A DNA stretch of 64,000 nucleotides from an uncultured Rikenellaceae bacterium (lineage in GTDB: Bacteria > Bacteroidota > Bacteroidia > Bacteroidales > VadinHA17), in the NCBI GenBank assembly GCA_964435015.1, contig CAYSXP010000012.1, positions 32,000-95,999 of the forward strand, written 5' to 3'. Both the position numbers and the translations under genes were made by a program. Shown piece by piece: positions 39,284 to 47,230 of the stretch. The first letter of the stretch is position 1. Each line of letters opens with the position of its first letter. The notes under the pieces were generated by a model. It did not search any database. It saw only the letters and a program-made list of their open reading frames with translations, and had not been told where the DNA came from.

Positions 39284-39610
39284 CTAAAGAACCTCCTGAT
39301 CAGAATGGACAGGACAATTATTGTTAATAACATTTTCAAGAAAATTTGAAGTAACCACTCCCGAACCCGACCAGAGTACTTTGTTGTCAAGAAACAGCAT
39401 AAGTGTCGGAACATTGCTGATTCTATACTTCACTGCAATATCCCTGTTTCTGTCAACATCAATCTTTATTATTCTTATCCTGTCTTTCATTTTCTGCTTA
39501 AGCTGTTCAAGAACAGGCTTCATCATTTTGCATGGGCCGCACCACTCAGCGGAAAAATCAACAAGAACCGGGGTTTTTCCCCCGATTATCATCTGAAAGC
39601 TTTCATTCAT
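39284..39610 (-). CDS. trxA: Thioredoxin
   Basis: 108 aa with the canonical VDFSAEWCGPCKMMKP active site. Its start overlaps the upstream gene by 8 nt. Confidence 0.9.
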   Translation of the reverse strand: MNESFQMIIGGKTPVLVDFSAEWCGPCKMMKPVLEQLKQKMKDRIRIIKIDVDRNRDIAVKYRISNVPTLMLFLDNKVLWSGSGVVTSNFLENVINNNCPVHSDQEVL

Positions 39611-39827
39611 TTTTCCCTGCTTTTTTCAAATTCAGAAAAAGATCATTGAGCAGGCTTCCCCCGATCCAGCCCACAGCCATGCCATACAATGTACTCATGT
39701 ACCATACCGATTTGATCATGCATGTACCTGAAAGGCAGCCGACATATCTCCAGTAGAGGAATCCTCCGGCCGCACCCGCTGCAATGAATATTATAACAAG
39801 AAGATTTTTCCGCACGAATTCTTTCAT
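39603..39827 (-). CDS. Small two-TM membrane protein with CX4C motif (DUF6132-like; name recalled from memory)
   Basis: 74 aa: LLVIIFIAAGAAGGFLYWRYVGCLSGTCMIKS... followed by a second helix. It appears translationally coupled to trxA. Confidence 0.55.
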   Translation of the reverse strand: MKEFVRKNLLVIIFIAAGAAGGFLYWRYVGCLSGTCMIKSVWYMSTLYGMAVGWIGGSLLNDLFLNLKKAGKNE

Positions 39828-39882
39828 TTCCGGTTTTTAATGCAAAGATGGCTGCCTCTCAATTTCCTGTCAGTGACTTAAG

Positions 39883-40539
39883 TCACAAAGAAGCATCTTT
39901 TTTTAAAAGGAGGGAATAATCAATAAAATGACGTTCAGTTACAACGAGGTTGCTTCTTTCAAGATTTCTCAGAAGCCGCGTGATCACTTCCCGCGAGGTA
40001 TTGAGCTGCAGCGCAATTTCCTGATGGGTTCCGGAAAAGACGGTTTTTCCAGTCGATCTGAATCGTTCCCGGAAGAACCTGATCAGCCTTTCGTCGAGCT
40101 TCATGAAAGCGATCGCATCAATTATCTCAATAAGCTCATCAAATCTCTTCCTGTAGGAATACATCATAAATTCTTTCCATGACCGGTAATCCGACATCCA
40201 TTTCTCGGGATATTCAACCGGAACGGTCAGAATAACTGAATCCTCCTCGGCAGTCATTTTAATGCTGCTTTTCTGCAGGCCGATGCAGCATGTAAGAGCC
40301 ATTGCGCATATCTCACCCTGGTTCAGATAATAGAGAAGGAGCTCGTTCCCGTCTTCTGAAAGCCTTACAACGCGCAGGCATCCTGCCAGTATCATCGGAA
40401 ATGATTTAATGTAATCCCCTTCGCCCAGTATACTCTGCCCGTGGGTAAGATCGCGCATTTCCGACACATGGGATATCTCATCAATCAGTCCTTTTTCGAG
40501 GAAGGGAAATGTTTTTCTTATGACTGCTGATTTATTCAT
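39883..40539 (-). CDS. Crp/Fnr family transcriptional regulator
   Basis: 218 aa with an N-terminal cNMP-binding-like beta-roll and a C-terminal HTH (QEIALQLNTSREVITRLLRNLERSNLV). Confidence 0.85.
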   Translation of the reverse strand: MNKSAVIRKTFPFLEKGLIDEISHVSEMRDLTHGQSILGEGDYIKSFPMILAGCLRVVRLSEDGNELLLYYLNQGEICAMALTCCIGLQKSSIKMTAEEDSVILTVPVEYPEKWMSDYRSWKEFMMYSYRKRFDELIEIIDAIAFMKLDERLIRFFRERFRSTGKTVFSGTHQEIALQLNTSREVITRLLRNLERSNLVVTERHFIDYSLLLKKDASL

Positions 40540-40648
40540 GCCTGAAATTATTTAACATTTTTGTTATTGGCATTCCAAATAAAACTAATTTAAGCCTGTT
40601 TGTCAACAGAACATGTTTTAATATTTTCAGGAAAGAAGTAAACCGGAG

Positions 40649-41665
40649 ATGATTTACGAAAACATTTCTCTTAAAAAATACAACACTTTTGGTTTGAGCA
40701 TAAAAGCGGACCGTCTGATTCCCTTTAAACATGAAGAGAATGCAATTTCTTTTCTGCGTCAGCAGGGCGGAACAGACCAGAGGTTTTTCGTTATCGGCGG
40801 AGGGAGCAATCTTCTTTTTACGGGAGATTTTCACGGGACGCTGATACGTCCGGAGATGGAAGGCATAACACTGGAAAAGAGGAAAGATGATACAGTCATA
40901 ATTTCTTCGGGGGCTGGAGTTGCCTGGGACAGGCTTGTTGAATCAACAGTAAATAACGGATTCGGCGGGCTTGAAAACCTGTCGCTCATTCCGGGCAGCG
41001 TGGGAGCCTCTCCTGTACAGAACATTGGTGCCTATGGTGTTGAAGTCGGGGATACCGTTGAGCGGGTGAGGGCCATAAGTCTGGAAAACGGTTCTGTCAG
41101 GGAATTTACAAACGATGAATGTCGTTTTGGATACAGGAACAGCATTTTCAAAGGTGAGCTCAGGGGCAAATATCTTGTCACCAAAGTGTATTTCAGGCTT
41201 TCCACCAGGCCCAGGCTCAGTCTGGAATACGGATCTCTCAGAGAAGAGATCAGCAAGCTCGGATCTGTTTCACTGCGGAATGTCAGGAAAATTGTAATAA
41301 ATACCCGGATGGCTAAGCTTCCTGATCCTGCAATTCTGGGTAATGCCGGCAGTTTTTTCAAGAATCCGTCAGTCAGTGAATCATTTGCCGGGGCGCTGAA
41401 AAAGATCGATCCGGCACTGCCCCTTTTCAGGGATCATTCGGGGGAGGTTAAAATACCCGCTGGCCGGCTGATTGAACTGTGCGGCTGGAAAGGCAGGCGT
41501 ATCGGGGATGCAGGCGTACATGACAGGCAGGCGCTTGTGCTGGTGAATTTCGGCAAAGCCACCGGGAGGGAGTTGTTTGAACTCTCCGAGGAGATTAAAA
41601 AATCGGTTTATGATAAATTCGGGATCATTCTCGAAAGTGAGGTAGAGATAATACATTCTACCTGA
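40649..41665 (+). CDS. murB: UDP-N-acetylenolpyruvoylglucosamine reductase
   Basis: 338 aa with LKKYNTFGL, FVIGGGSNLLF, IPGSVGASPVQNIGAYGVE and AGSFFKNP. Confidence 0.9.
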   Translation: MIYENISLKKYNTFGLSIKADRLIPFKHEENAISFLRQQGGTDQRFFVIGGGSNLLFTGDFHGTLIRPEMEGITLEKRKDDTVIISSGAGVAWDRLVESTVNNGFGGLENLSLIPGSVGASPVQNIGAYGVEVGDTVERVRAISLENGSVREFTNDECRFGYRNSIFKGELRGKYLVTKVYFRLSTRPRLSLEYGSLREEISKLGSVSLRNVRKIVINTRMAKLPDPAILGNAGSFFKNPSVSESFAGALKKIDPALPLFRDHSGEVKIPAGRLIELCGWKGRRIGDAGVHDRQALVLVNFGKATGRELFELSEEIKKSVYDKFGIILESEVEIIHST

Positions 41666-42686
41666 AGATCTTTCGTTTGTTAAGCTCTCGCCGGTACGCG
41701 GCTGCATACCTGTTATGCTCGGAAAGGGTTCTCGAAAAATAATGATATCCCGAGAAATCAGATCTGGCCACAAAATAAAGGTAGTCGTGCATATCCGCAT
41801 TCAAAACCGCCTCAATGCCGTCTTTGGCGGGGCATGCTATCGGGCCCGGCGGAAGTCCCCTGTACTTATATGTGTTGTAGGGTGAATTGATTGAAAGGTG
41901 CCTGCGCAGTATCCGGGACATGCCGGGGTCATTGACCACGAATTTGATCGTCGGATCTGCCTGCAGGGGGATTCCACGCTTCAGCCTGTTAAGGTAAACA
42001 CCGGCAATCAACGCTTTCTCGTCGGGCCTGGATGTTTCCTGGTCAATTATTGAAGCCAGCACCGATACTTCAAGCGGTGTAAGGTTCTTTTCACCTGCCT
42101 TCCCGATCCTTTCTGGATTCCAGAATTTTTTATATTCTCTCAGCATCCTGCCGTAAAACTCGCCTGCACCGGTGTTCCAGAAGAATTCATATGTATCAGG
42201 AAGAAAAACGGAAATAACATTTTCCCTCACAAATCCATCCTGCCTGTAATTTTCAGTGTCGGATAAAAAGGCAATTATCTGCGCCGAGTCAGCCGCAATT
42301 TTTCCGCCTACCTTTCCGGCCAGGTCGCAAAGCGTCTTTACATTGCTGAAAGTAACCAGAACAGGCTGCTGTTTTCCAGATCTCAGGACGTTGATAAGCT
42401 CATTGCAGCTCATCCCTTTTTCGATTACATACCGCCCCGGCCTGATACGCGACGGGTAATTCTTCTTTTCAGCAACCCATCTGAGAACTCCGGGATTGTC
42501 GATTTTCAGCTTTATTTTTATTGAATCCAGCGCCTGTTCAAAAGTGCTTCCTTCAGGCAGGTAAATGATCCGGCTTCCGGGGCCGGCCGGCCGGATGGTT
42601 ATTCCAAAAACAAGATATAAGAATAATCCTGACAGAATCACTGCAGGTAACAATGCAGAAAGAATATATATCCTTACTCGCCTCAT
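41658..42686 (-). CDS. mltG: Endolytic murein transglycosylase MltG (YceG-like)
   Basis: It has an N-terminal TM anchor, ASIIDQET, and YNTYKYRGLPPGPIACP. The start is set to the ATG at 42686 (MRRVRIYIL); the track ORF begins at an upstream GTG. Confidence 0.85.
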   Translation of the reverse strand: MRRVRIYILSALLPAVILSGLFLYLVFGITIRPAGPGSRIIYLPEGSTFEQALDSIKIKLKIDNPGVLRWVAEKKNYPSRIRPGRYVIEKGMSCNELINVLRSGKQQPVLVTFSNVKTLCDLAGKVGGKIAADSAQIIAFLSDTENYRQDGFVRENVISVFLPDTYEFFWNTGAGEFYGRMLREYKKFWNPERIGKAGEKNLTPLEVSVLASIIDQETSRPDEKALIAGVYLNRLKRGIPLQADPTIKFVVNDPGMSRILRRHLSINSPYNTYKYRGLPPGPIACPAKDGIEAVLNADMHDYLYFVARSDFSGYHYFSRTLSEHNRYAAAYRRELNKRKIFR

Positions 42687-42704
42687 TCGTCTGACGGGCA
42701 CAAA

Positions 42705-42749
42705 ATTATTGATTATTGCAACGCCGTGGTTTCAATTACTGATTATTGC
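42705..42749. repeat. Direct repeat ATTATTGATTATTGC / ATTACTGATTATTGC (14 of 15 identical) with a 30-nt period in the mltG-tauE divergent intergenic region
   Basis: Read directly: copy 1 at 42705-42719, copy 2 at 42735-42749. Confidence 0.5.
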
Positions 42750-42806
42750 TTTAAAGAATGTTATAATTTTACAAAAACACAACTTTAACATTATAATCAC
42801 ACTCAG

Positions 42807-43175
42807 ATGACAACTTCCTCACTTCTGCTTCTGCTGTCAATAGGTATGGTAACCGGTGTCCTGGCCGGCATGCTCGGTATCGGCGGTGCCATAGTAATGA
42901 TACCGGCCCTGGTTTTTCTTATGGGCTTCAGCCAGCACAGTGCACAGGGCACCAGCCTGGCGGTGATGCTGCCTCCCATAGGCATCCTGGCTGCATATAA
43001 TTATTATAAGGCCGGGCATGTGAATTTGAAATTCGCCCTTATCCTTGCGCTTGCATTTCTTATCGGCTCCTATTTCGGCTCAAAAATAGCCTTGAATGTA
43101 CCTCAGCAGGTACTTAAAAAGATCTTCGGCATACTTTTGCTCCTCGTTGCAGTAAGGATGCTATTTATAAAATAG
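42807..43175 (+). CDS. Half-size TauE/SafE (DUF81) family membrane protein
   Basis: 122 aa with about 4 TM helices. The TauE-type N-terminus is GMVTGVLAGMLGIGGAIVMIPALVF and the second motif is QGTSLAVMLP. Confidence 0.7.
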   Translation: MTTSSLLLLLSIGMVTGVLAGMLGIGGAIVMIPALVFLMGFSQHSAQGTSLAVMLPPIGILAAYNYYKAGHVNLKFALILALAFLIGSYFGSKIALNVPQQVLKKIFGILLLLVAVRMLFIK

Positions 43176-43186
43176 TGTACGCCGGA

Positions 43187-43807
43187 TCAGAACATGAATC
43201 CAATGCTTAAGTGAAAGGCGTTTGGCCTGTCGTCGAGCCTGAATTTATCGCCGGAGGTCTTCTGTATCTGTGTCTGGTATTTCTGCAGGCTTCCCTCATA
43301 ACGCAGATCAACGGTGATCTTTTTAATTATATCAAACCCCAGTCCGGCCTGGTACCCGAAGGTTAGATTTTTATACATGGTCTCATAATCGGGGTCATTA
43401 ATCAGGTCTTTCGGCGAGTTGATCAGGAGTCTTGCGGACGGACCTGCATTGATTCTGACCGGGCCCGCCCTGAAACCAAGCATTACAGGCAGGTCGAGCT
43501 GATTGAACTGCTGTTTGACAATTGTAGCCGGATTTTCCAGGTCCTCAATCCTGTATTCATTTGTCCTGGAAGAGAACAGCAGCTCGGGCTGCAGATAAAC
43601 CCCCATCATTCCCAGCCGAAGGAAAACCCCGACATGATATCCGAAGTTTGCGCCTTTAATAGCATTGATTGTAGTATCAGTGTTTAGTTTAAAATCGTCC
43701 ATTTTCAGGCTCGTTGTGCTTAAACCTCCCTTAAGTCCAAATCTGACCTGTGAATACACAGGAACCGACAACACCACAACCAGTAAAATCAAACCAATTT
43801 TTTTCAT
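43187..43807 (-). CDS. Small outer-membrane beta-barrel (porin family) protein
   Basis: 206 aa with a signal peptide, alternating beta-strand pattern (RFGLKGGLS...), and C-terminal ...LSIGFMF. Confidence 0.7.
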   Translation of the reverse strand: MKKIGLILLVVVLSVPVYSQVRFGLKGGLSTTSLKMDDFKLNTDTTINAIKGANFGYHVGVFLRLGMMGVYLQPELLFSSRTNEYRIEDLENPATIVKQQFNQLDLPVMLGFRAGPVRINAGPSARLLINSPKDLINDPDYETMYKNLTFGYQAGLGFDIIKKITVDLRYEGSLQKYQTQIQKTSGDKFRLDDRPNAFHLSIGFMF

Positions 43808-44233
43808 CTTTCTTTGTATTAGTGAAACATTTAAACCTGTTGCATAACCTGCTTACGGGTTCTAGCCTGGTATAAAACGGGAAAACAGGAAAAAAAGTTT
43901 CACGCACACAGTTTTTCAGTCGGGGCATTGAAAGGATTTCAGCGTCTCAAAGCGATTCTTAACGTCCCGGCTCATTTTTCTGCAATATTTAATATCAGGA
44001 AGCGGTTCACGGGCCGGAACTGATATAAAACAGTTAAAAATAGTTAAGAAGCTGTTCCGTAGTAATTTCATGAATAAAAAATACATATATTGTTCATGAC
44101 ATTTTTTGCATCTTCTTTTAATAACTTTGTTTTGATGGAAACTTTAAGCGGGGAAATCATCATGAATTTCTCCGCTTTTTGCATAAATTGCATCATTAAT
44201 CAATCAGGCTCATTCAAATCAATTTTCAGACTA

Positions 44234-45121
44234 ATGAAAAGAACAGCATTGTTTCTTCAGATTTTTCTGTTGTTGTTCATACCATTTTCAATGAAGGGAC
44301 AGCAGTCAGGGAGCGAGAAAAAGCTTCATATAATTATAATAGGTGCACATCCTGACGATCCCGACAAAGTCGGAGGCACAGCTTTTAAGTGGGCCGGGCT
44401 CGGGCATGATGTACTGATGGTTTCGCTTACAAGCGGCGACGCGGGGCATCAGTCGGTACAACCTGAGGAGCTTGCGGTGATAAGGAGGGAAGAGGCCAGG
44501 AAGGCTGGTCAGGTGATAGGTGTCAGGTACATTACCCTTGACAATCATGACGGCCAGCTGATGCCCACGTATGAAAACAGGCTCCAGGTTATCAGGCTGA
44601 TAAGGGAACACAAGGCAGACCTGGTTATTTTTCCGCGGCCCTACGACTATCATCCCGATCACCGCTATACGGGAACACTGGTTCTCGACGCTGCCTATAT
44701 GGTAACCGTTCCAAGGATCCTGCCGGAAGTTCCGCACCTCGACAAGAATCCGGTGTTCCTGTTCATGAGCGACGGGTTCATCCATCCGGAGCCGTTCAAG
44801 GCAGATGTTTGCGTTGACATAGATGATGTTATTGACAAAAAGATCGACATGTATCATCAGCATACTTCACAGGTTTACGAGTGGCTGCCATACAACAGGG
44901 GCGTCCTGGCAGAGGTGCCTGCCGGAGAGAAGGAAAGGCGCGAATGGCTGGGCAGGACCTGGAGCACCAGATCAGACGCCGAACCCTTCAGGGACAAACT
45001 CATTGAACTGTACGGAAAGGCAAAGGGAAGCAAAACCAGGTATTGCGAAGCCTTCCAGGATTCAGGTTATGGTACGCCTCTCACAAGCGAGAATCTGAAG
45101 TACTACTTCCCGTTTTATTGA
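44234..45121 (+). CDS. PIG-L/LmbE family deacetylase, exported
   Basis: The start is trimmed to MKRTALFLQIFLLLFIPFSMKG (signal peptide). The PIG-L motif is IIIIGAHPDDPD...SLTSGDAGH, with a later HPDH. Confidence 0.8.
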   Translation: MKRTALFLQIFLLLFIPFSMKGQQSGSEKKLHIIIIGAHPDDPDKVGGTAFKWAGLGHDVLMVSLTSGDAGHQSVQPEELAVIRREEARKAGQVIGVRYITLDNHDGQLMPTYENRLQVIRLIREHKADLVIFPRPYDYHPDHRYTGTLVLDAAYMVTVPRILPEVPHLDKNPVFLFMSDGFIHPEPFKADVCVDIDDVIDKKIDMYHQHTSQVYEWLPYNRGVLAEVPAGEKERREWLGRTWSTRSDAEPFRDKLIELYGKAKGSKTRYCEAFQDSGYGTPLTSENLKYYFPFY

Positions 45122-45480
45122 TATTCAATATACTGGCTGTTGTACTTCAGCTCAATGAAATCATCTCCGGTATCCCTGAAACCGTATTCAAAGCAGAAGA
45201 GATATTTCTCCGACCCTGAGGTTTCTATCACATGCGTGAAGAAACTGAAGTTATAACCAAGGGCAAAAAGGGCGTCTTTATGCATCCGGTGCCTGCCCTC
45301 GGAATAAAGGTCAGCGAGTATTCTCCTGTTTTTCCTGAGAAGTCCGTGCACGTTCCTTACGAAATTATTCGTATCACGGTTCAGCCGGTTATTAAAGCTG
45401 TTCCTGCACTGGTCCGAGCAGAATTTCTTATCACTGCGGCCGCGAATAATATCGCCGCAATCGAGACATTTACGTTCCAC
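45115..45480 (-). CDS. Conserved hypothetical protein with N-terminal zinc-ribbon
   Basis: 121 aa starting MERKCLDCGDIIRGRSDKKFCSDQCRNSFNN (a 4-Cys ribbon). It resembles a widespread Bacteroidota family of unknown function. Confidence 0.55.
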   Translation of the reverse strand: MERKCLDCGDIIRGRSDKKFCSDQCRNSFNNRLNRDTNNFVRNVHGLLRKNRRILADLYSEGRHRMHKDALFALGYNFSFFTHVIETSGSEKYLFCFEYGFRDTGDDFIELKYNSQYIEYQ

Positions 45481-45505
45481 AGCACAAATGTTTCAGTAAA
45501 TATAC

Positions 45506-45535
45506 AAAAAGAAGGTGTTCTGTGAGAACACCTTC
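45506..45535 (-). terminator. Rho-independent terminator after susD (second PUL)
   Basis: A perfect 10-bp stem pairs GAAGGTGTTC (45511-45520) with GAACACCTTC (45526-45535), with a 5-nt loop. On the minus strand it is followed by TTTTTGTATATTT. It lies 35 nt after the stop at 45570. Confidence 0.7.
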
Positions 45536-45569
45536 CTTTAAATTTTGTGCTTGTGTGAAAAATTCCTGA

Positions 45570-47204
45570 TTATGGTTTCTTATCCCACCAGAGTTTGGTA
45601 GAAGCCTTGTCTCCGGCAGGAGTGGTGCTTTCCGAATTCAGCAGCTGGATAGCTGCATCAACCTGCTTCTTGTTGGTATTGTATTCATTTGTCCAGTAGC
45701 AAAGCCGCACGGGAAGTGATGTGGCCGGCACGTCAAGATTCTCGCTTTCAATTCTGTTGTAGAGTTTTGGATAATGGGTTCTTCTTCTCTCGGCATAAGC
45801 TTCCTGGCTGTTGGGGAAGAGGCTGATCCATTTCTGGGTTATAATCTGCTCAAGCTGTGCTTCCTTGTCGCCGCCGGAGTTGAACAGAATGGGAGCAGTT
45901 GAAGCCGGTGCAGGTGCAACGGGTGGCAGCTTTGTACTCTTGTCGATACCCGGGGTCATCGGCACCCTGGCGCTGGTGATATAGTTTTCGCCTGCAAGGT
46001 TCAGATGATCAGTAAACCCGCATTCATCGAGCGATAATCCGATACCTGAATTATAGAGTTCTTCAGCCGTGCCGCCGCCCATGTTCCAGCCTTCGAGAAC
46101 GCCTTCGGCCCTGAGGAAGTATGTTTCCGATGCTCTCATGACGAACCAGTTCGGTCCCTTGTCGCCAACGATGGTATAGGGTCTGGAGTGGTCGGATGCA
46201 AGACGGTCAAATTCAACAGCGCTTCTGTCGTTCTTTGTCTGGCCGTTCCTTACACCTTCGTAGGGGAAGGATATTCCAACGGGGTCATCGGTTGCATCCG
46301 GCTCAATGGCGGGCGAGAACCATGTGGTGACACGCGGATCAAGATATCCTTTAAGGATGCTTTCCATATCCGCACTCATCCTGTATTCGATCCAGGGACT
46401 GATTGTATTGTACGGATTCGGGAAGTCGGTTGTTGTCGTCACCCATCCGTTATCGGCGTTTGATGTGATTACGCCTTCAGTAACTGCCTTCTCGCACTGG
46501 AGCTTTGCAACATCGGGGGTCACATACTTAACCCTCATTCCCAGCCTGAGGCGGAGGGAGCTGCCGAATTTCTGCCATTTATCGAGTTTGCCAGCATAAA
46601 TGGGATCATACTTTGAAAGAGTTGCAGAAGTCTGGCCCGACATTCCCTTAAGGATATTTATGGCAGTGTCGAGCTCAAGGAAGAAGGCTTTGTAAATATC
46701 CGACTGCTTGTCATAGGGAACTTCCTTCTTCATGTTTCCGTACTGGGAATATGGTATCGGTCCGAGGCAGTCGGTATACCTGTTGTACACATATACCTTC
46801 CATATCTTCATCATTGCCAGCTCAGGCTGCAGGTTATTCTTTCTTGCAAAATCCTCGGCATATTTGATCTGGGGTGCCTCATTTGCATAATGGTCGTTGA
46901 AAGCGCCGTTCTGCCAGCTCGAAACCTGAACATACCTGTCAGAAAGGAAGTTCGGTGTAGTTGTAGCCCAGTAATTTGCATAAATATCAAAGAACAGGGA
47001 GTGCAGCAGCTGCATTGTACCAGGGTCGCCCAGGTAATTCGGTCCAACGATGGCCCGTCTCACAACAAATCCGTATGAAGCCTGGTTAAGATTGGCCAGG
47101 GTAAGTGCTTTCGGATTCTTATTGATCTCATCAAAGTCCTTTGTACAACTACTGATTAAAATACCAATAAGCAGTATTGTCAATAATTTTAATAGATTTT
47201 TCAT
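45570..47204 (-). CDS. SusD/RagB family nutrient-binding outer membrane lipoprotein
   Basis: Start at MKNLLKLLTILLIGILISSCTKDFDEINKNP (lipobox). It lies immediately downstream of a SusC gene. Confidence 0.85.
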   Translation of the reverse strand: MKNLLKLLTILLIGILISSCTKDFDEINKNPKALTLANLNQASYGFVVRRAIVGPNYLGDPGTMQLLHSLFFDIYANYWATTTPNFLSDRYVQVSSWQNGAFNDHYANEAPQIKYAEDFARKNNLQPELAMMKIWKVYVYNRYTDCLGPIPYSQYGNMKKEVPYDKQSDIYKAFFLELDTAINILKGMSGQTSATLSKYDPIYAGKLDKWQKFGSSLRLRLGMRVKYVTPDVAKLQCEKAVTEGVITSNADNGWVTTTTDFPNPYNTISPWIEYRMSADMESILKGYLDPRVTTWFSPAIEPDATDDPVGISFPYEGVRNGQTKNDRSAVEFDRLASDHSRPYTIVGDKGPNWFVMRASETYFLRAEGVLEGWNMGGGTAEELYNSGIGLSLDECGFTDHLNLAGENYITSARVPMTPGIDKSTKLPPVAPAPASTAPILFNSGGDKEAQLEQIITQKWISLFPNSQEAYAERRRTHYPKLYNRIESENLDVPATSLPVRLCYWTNEYNTNKKQVDAAIQLLNSESTTPAGDKASTKLWWDKKP

Positions 47205-47230
47205 AATATAATGCATTTACCAGTTATTTT

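Noticed and set aside
39066-39349. ORFs of 64 aa (minus) and 87 aa (plus) in the GC-rich spacer after trxA
   Set aside because: The translations are Pro/Gly/Ala/Arg-rich with no recognisable fold or motif. I also checked the remaining frames for rhodanese-like or MBL-like remnants and found none. The segment is reported as a non-coding anomaly instead.
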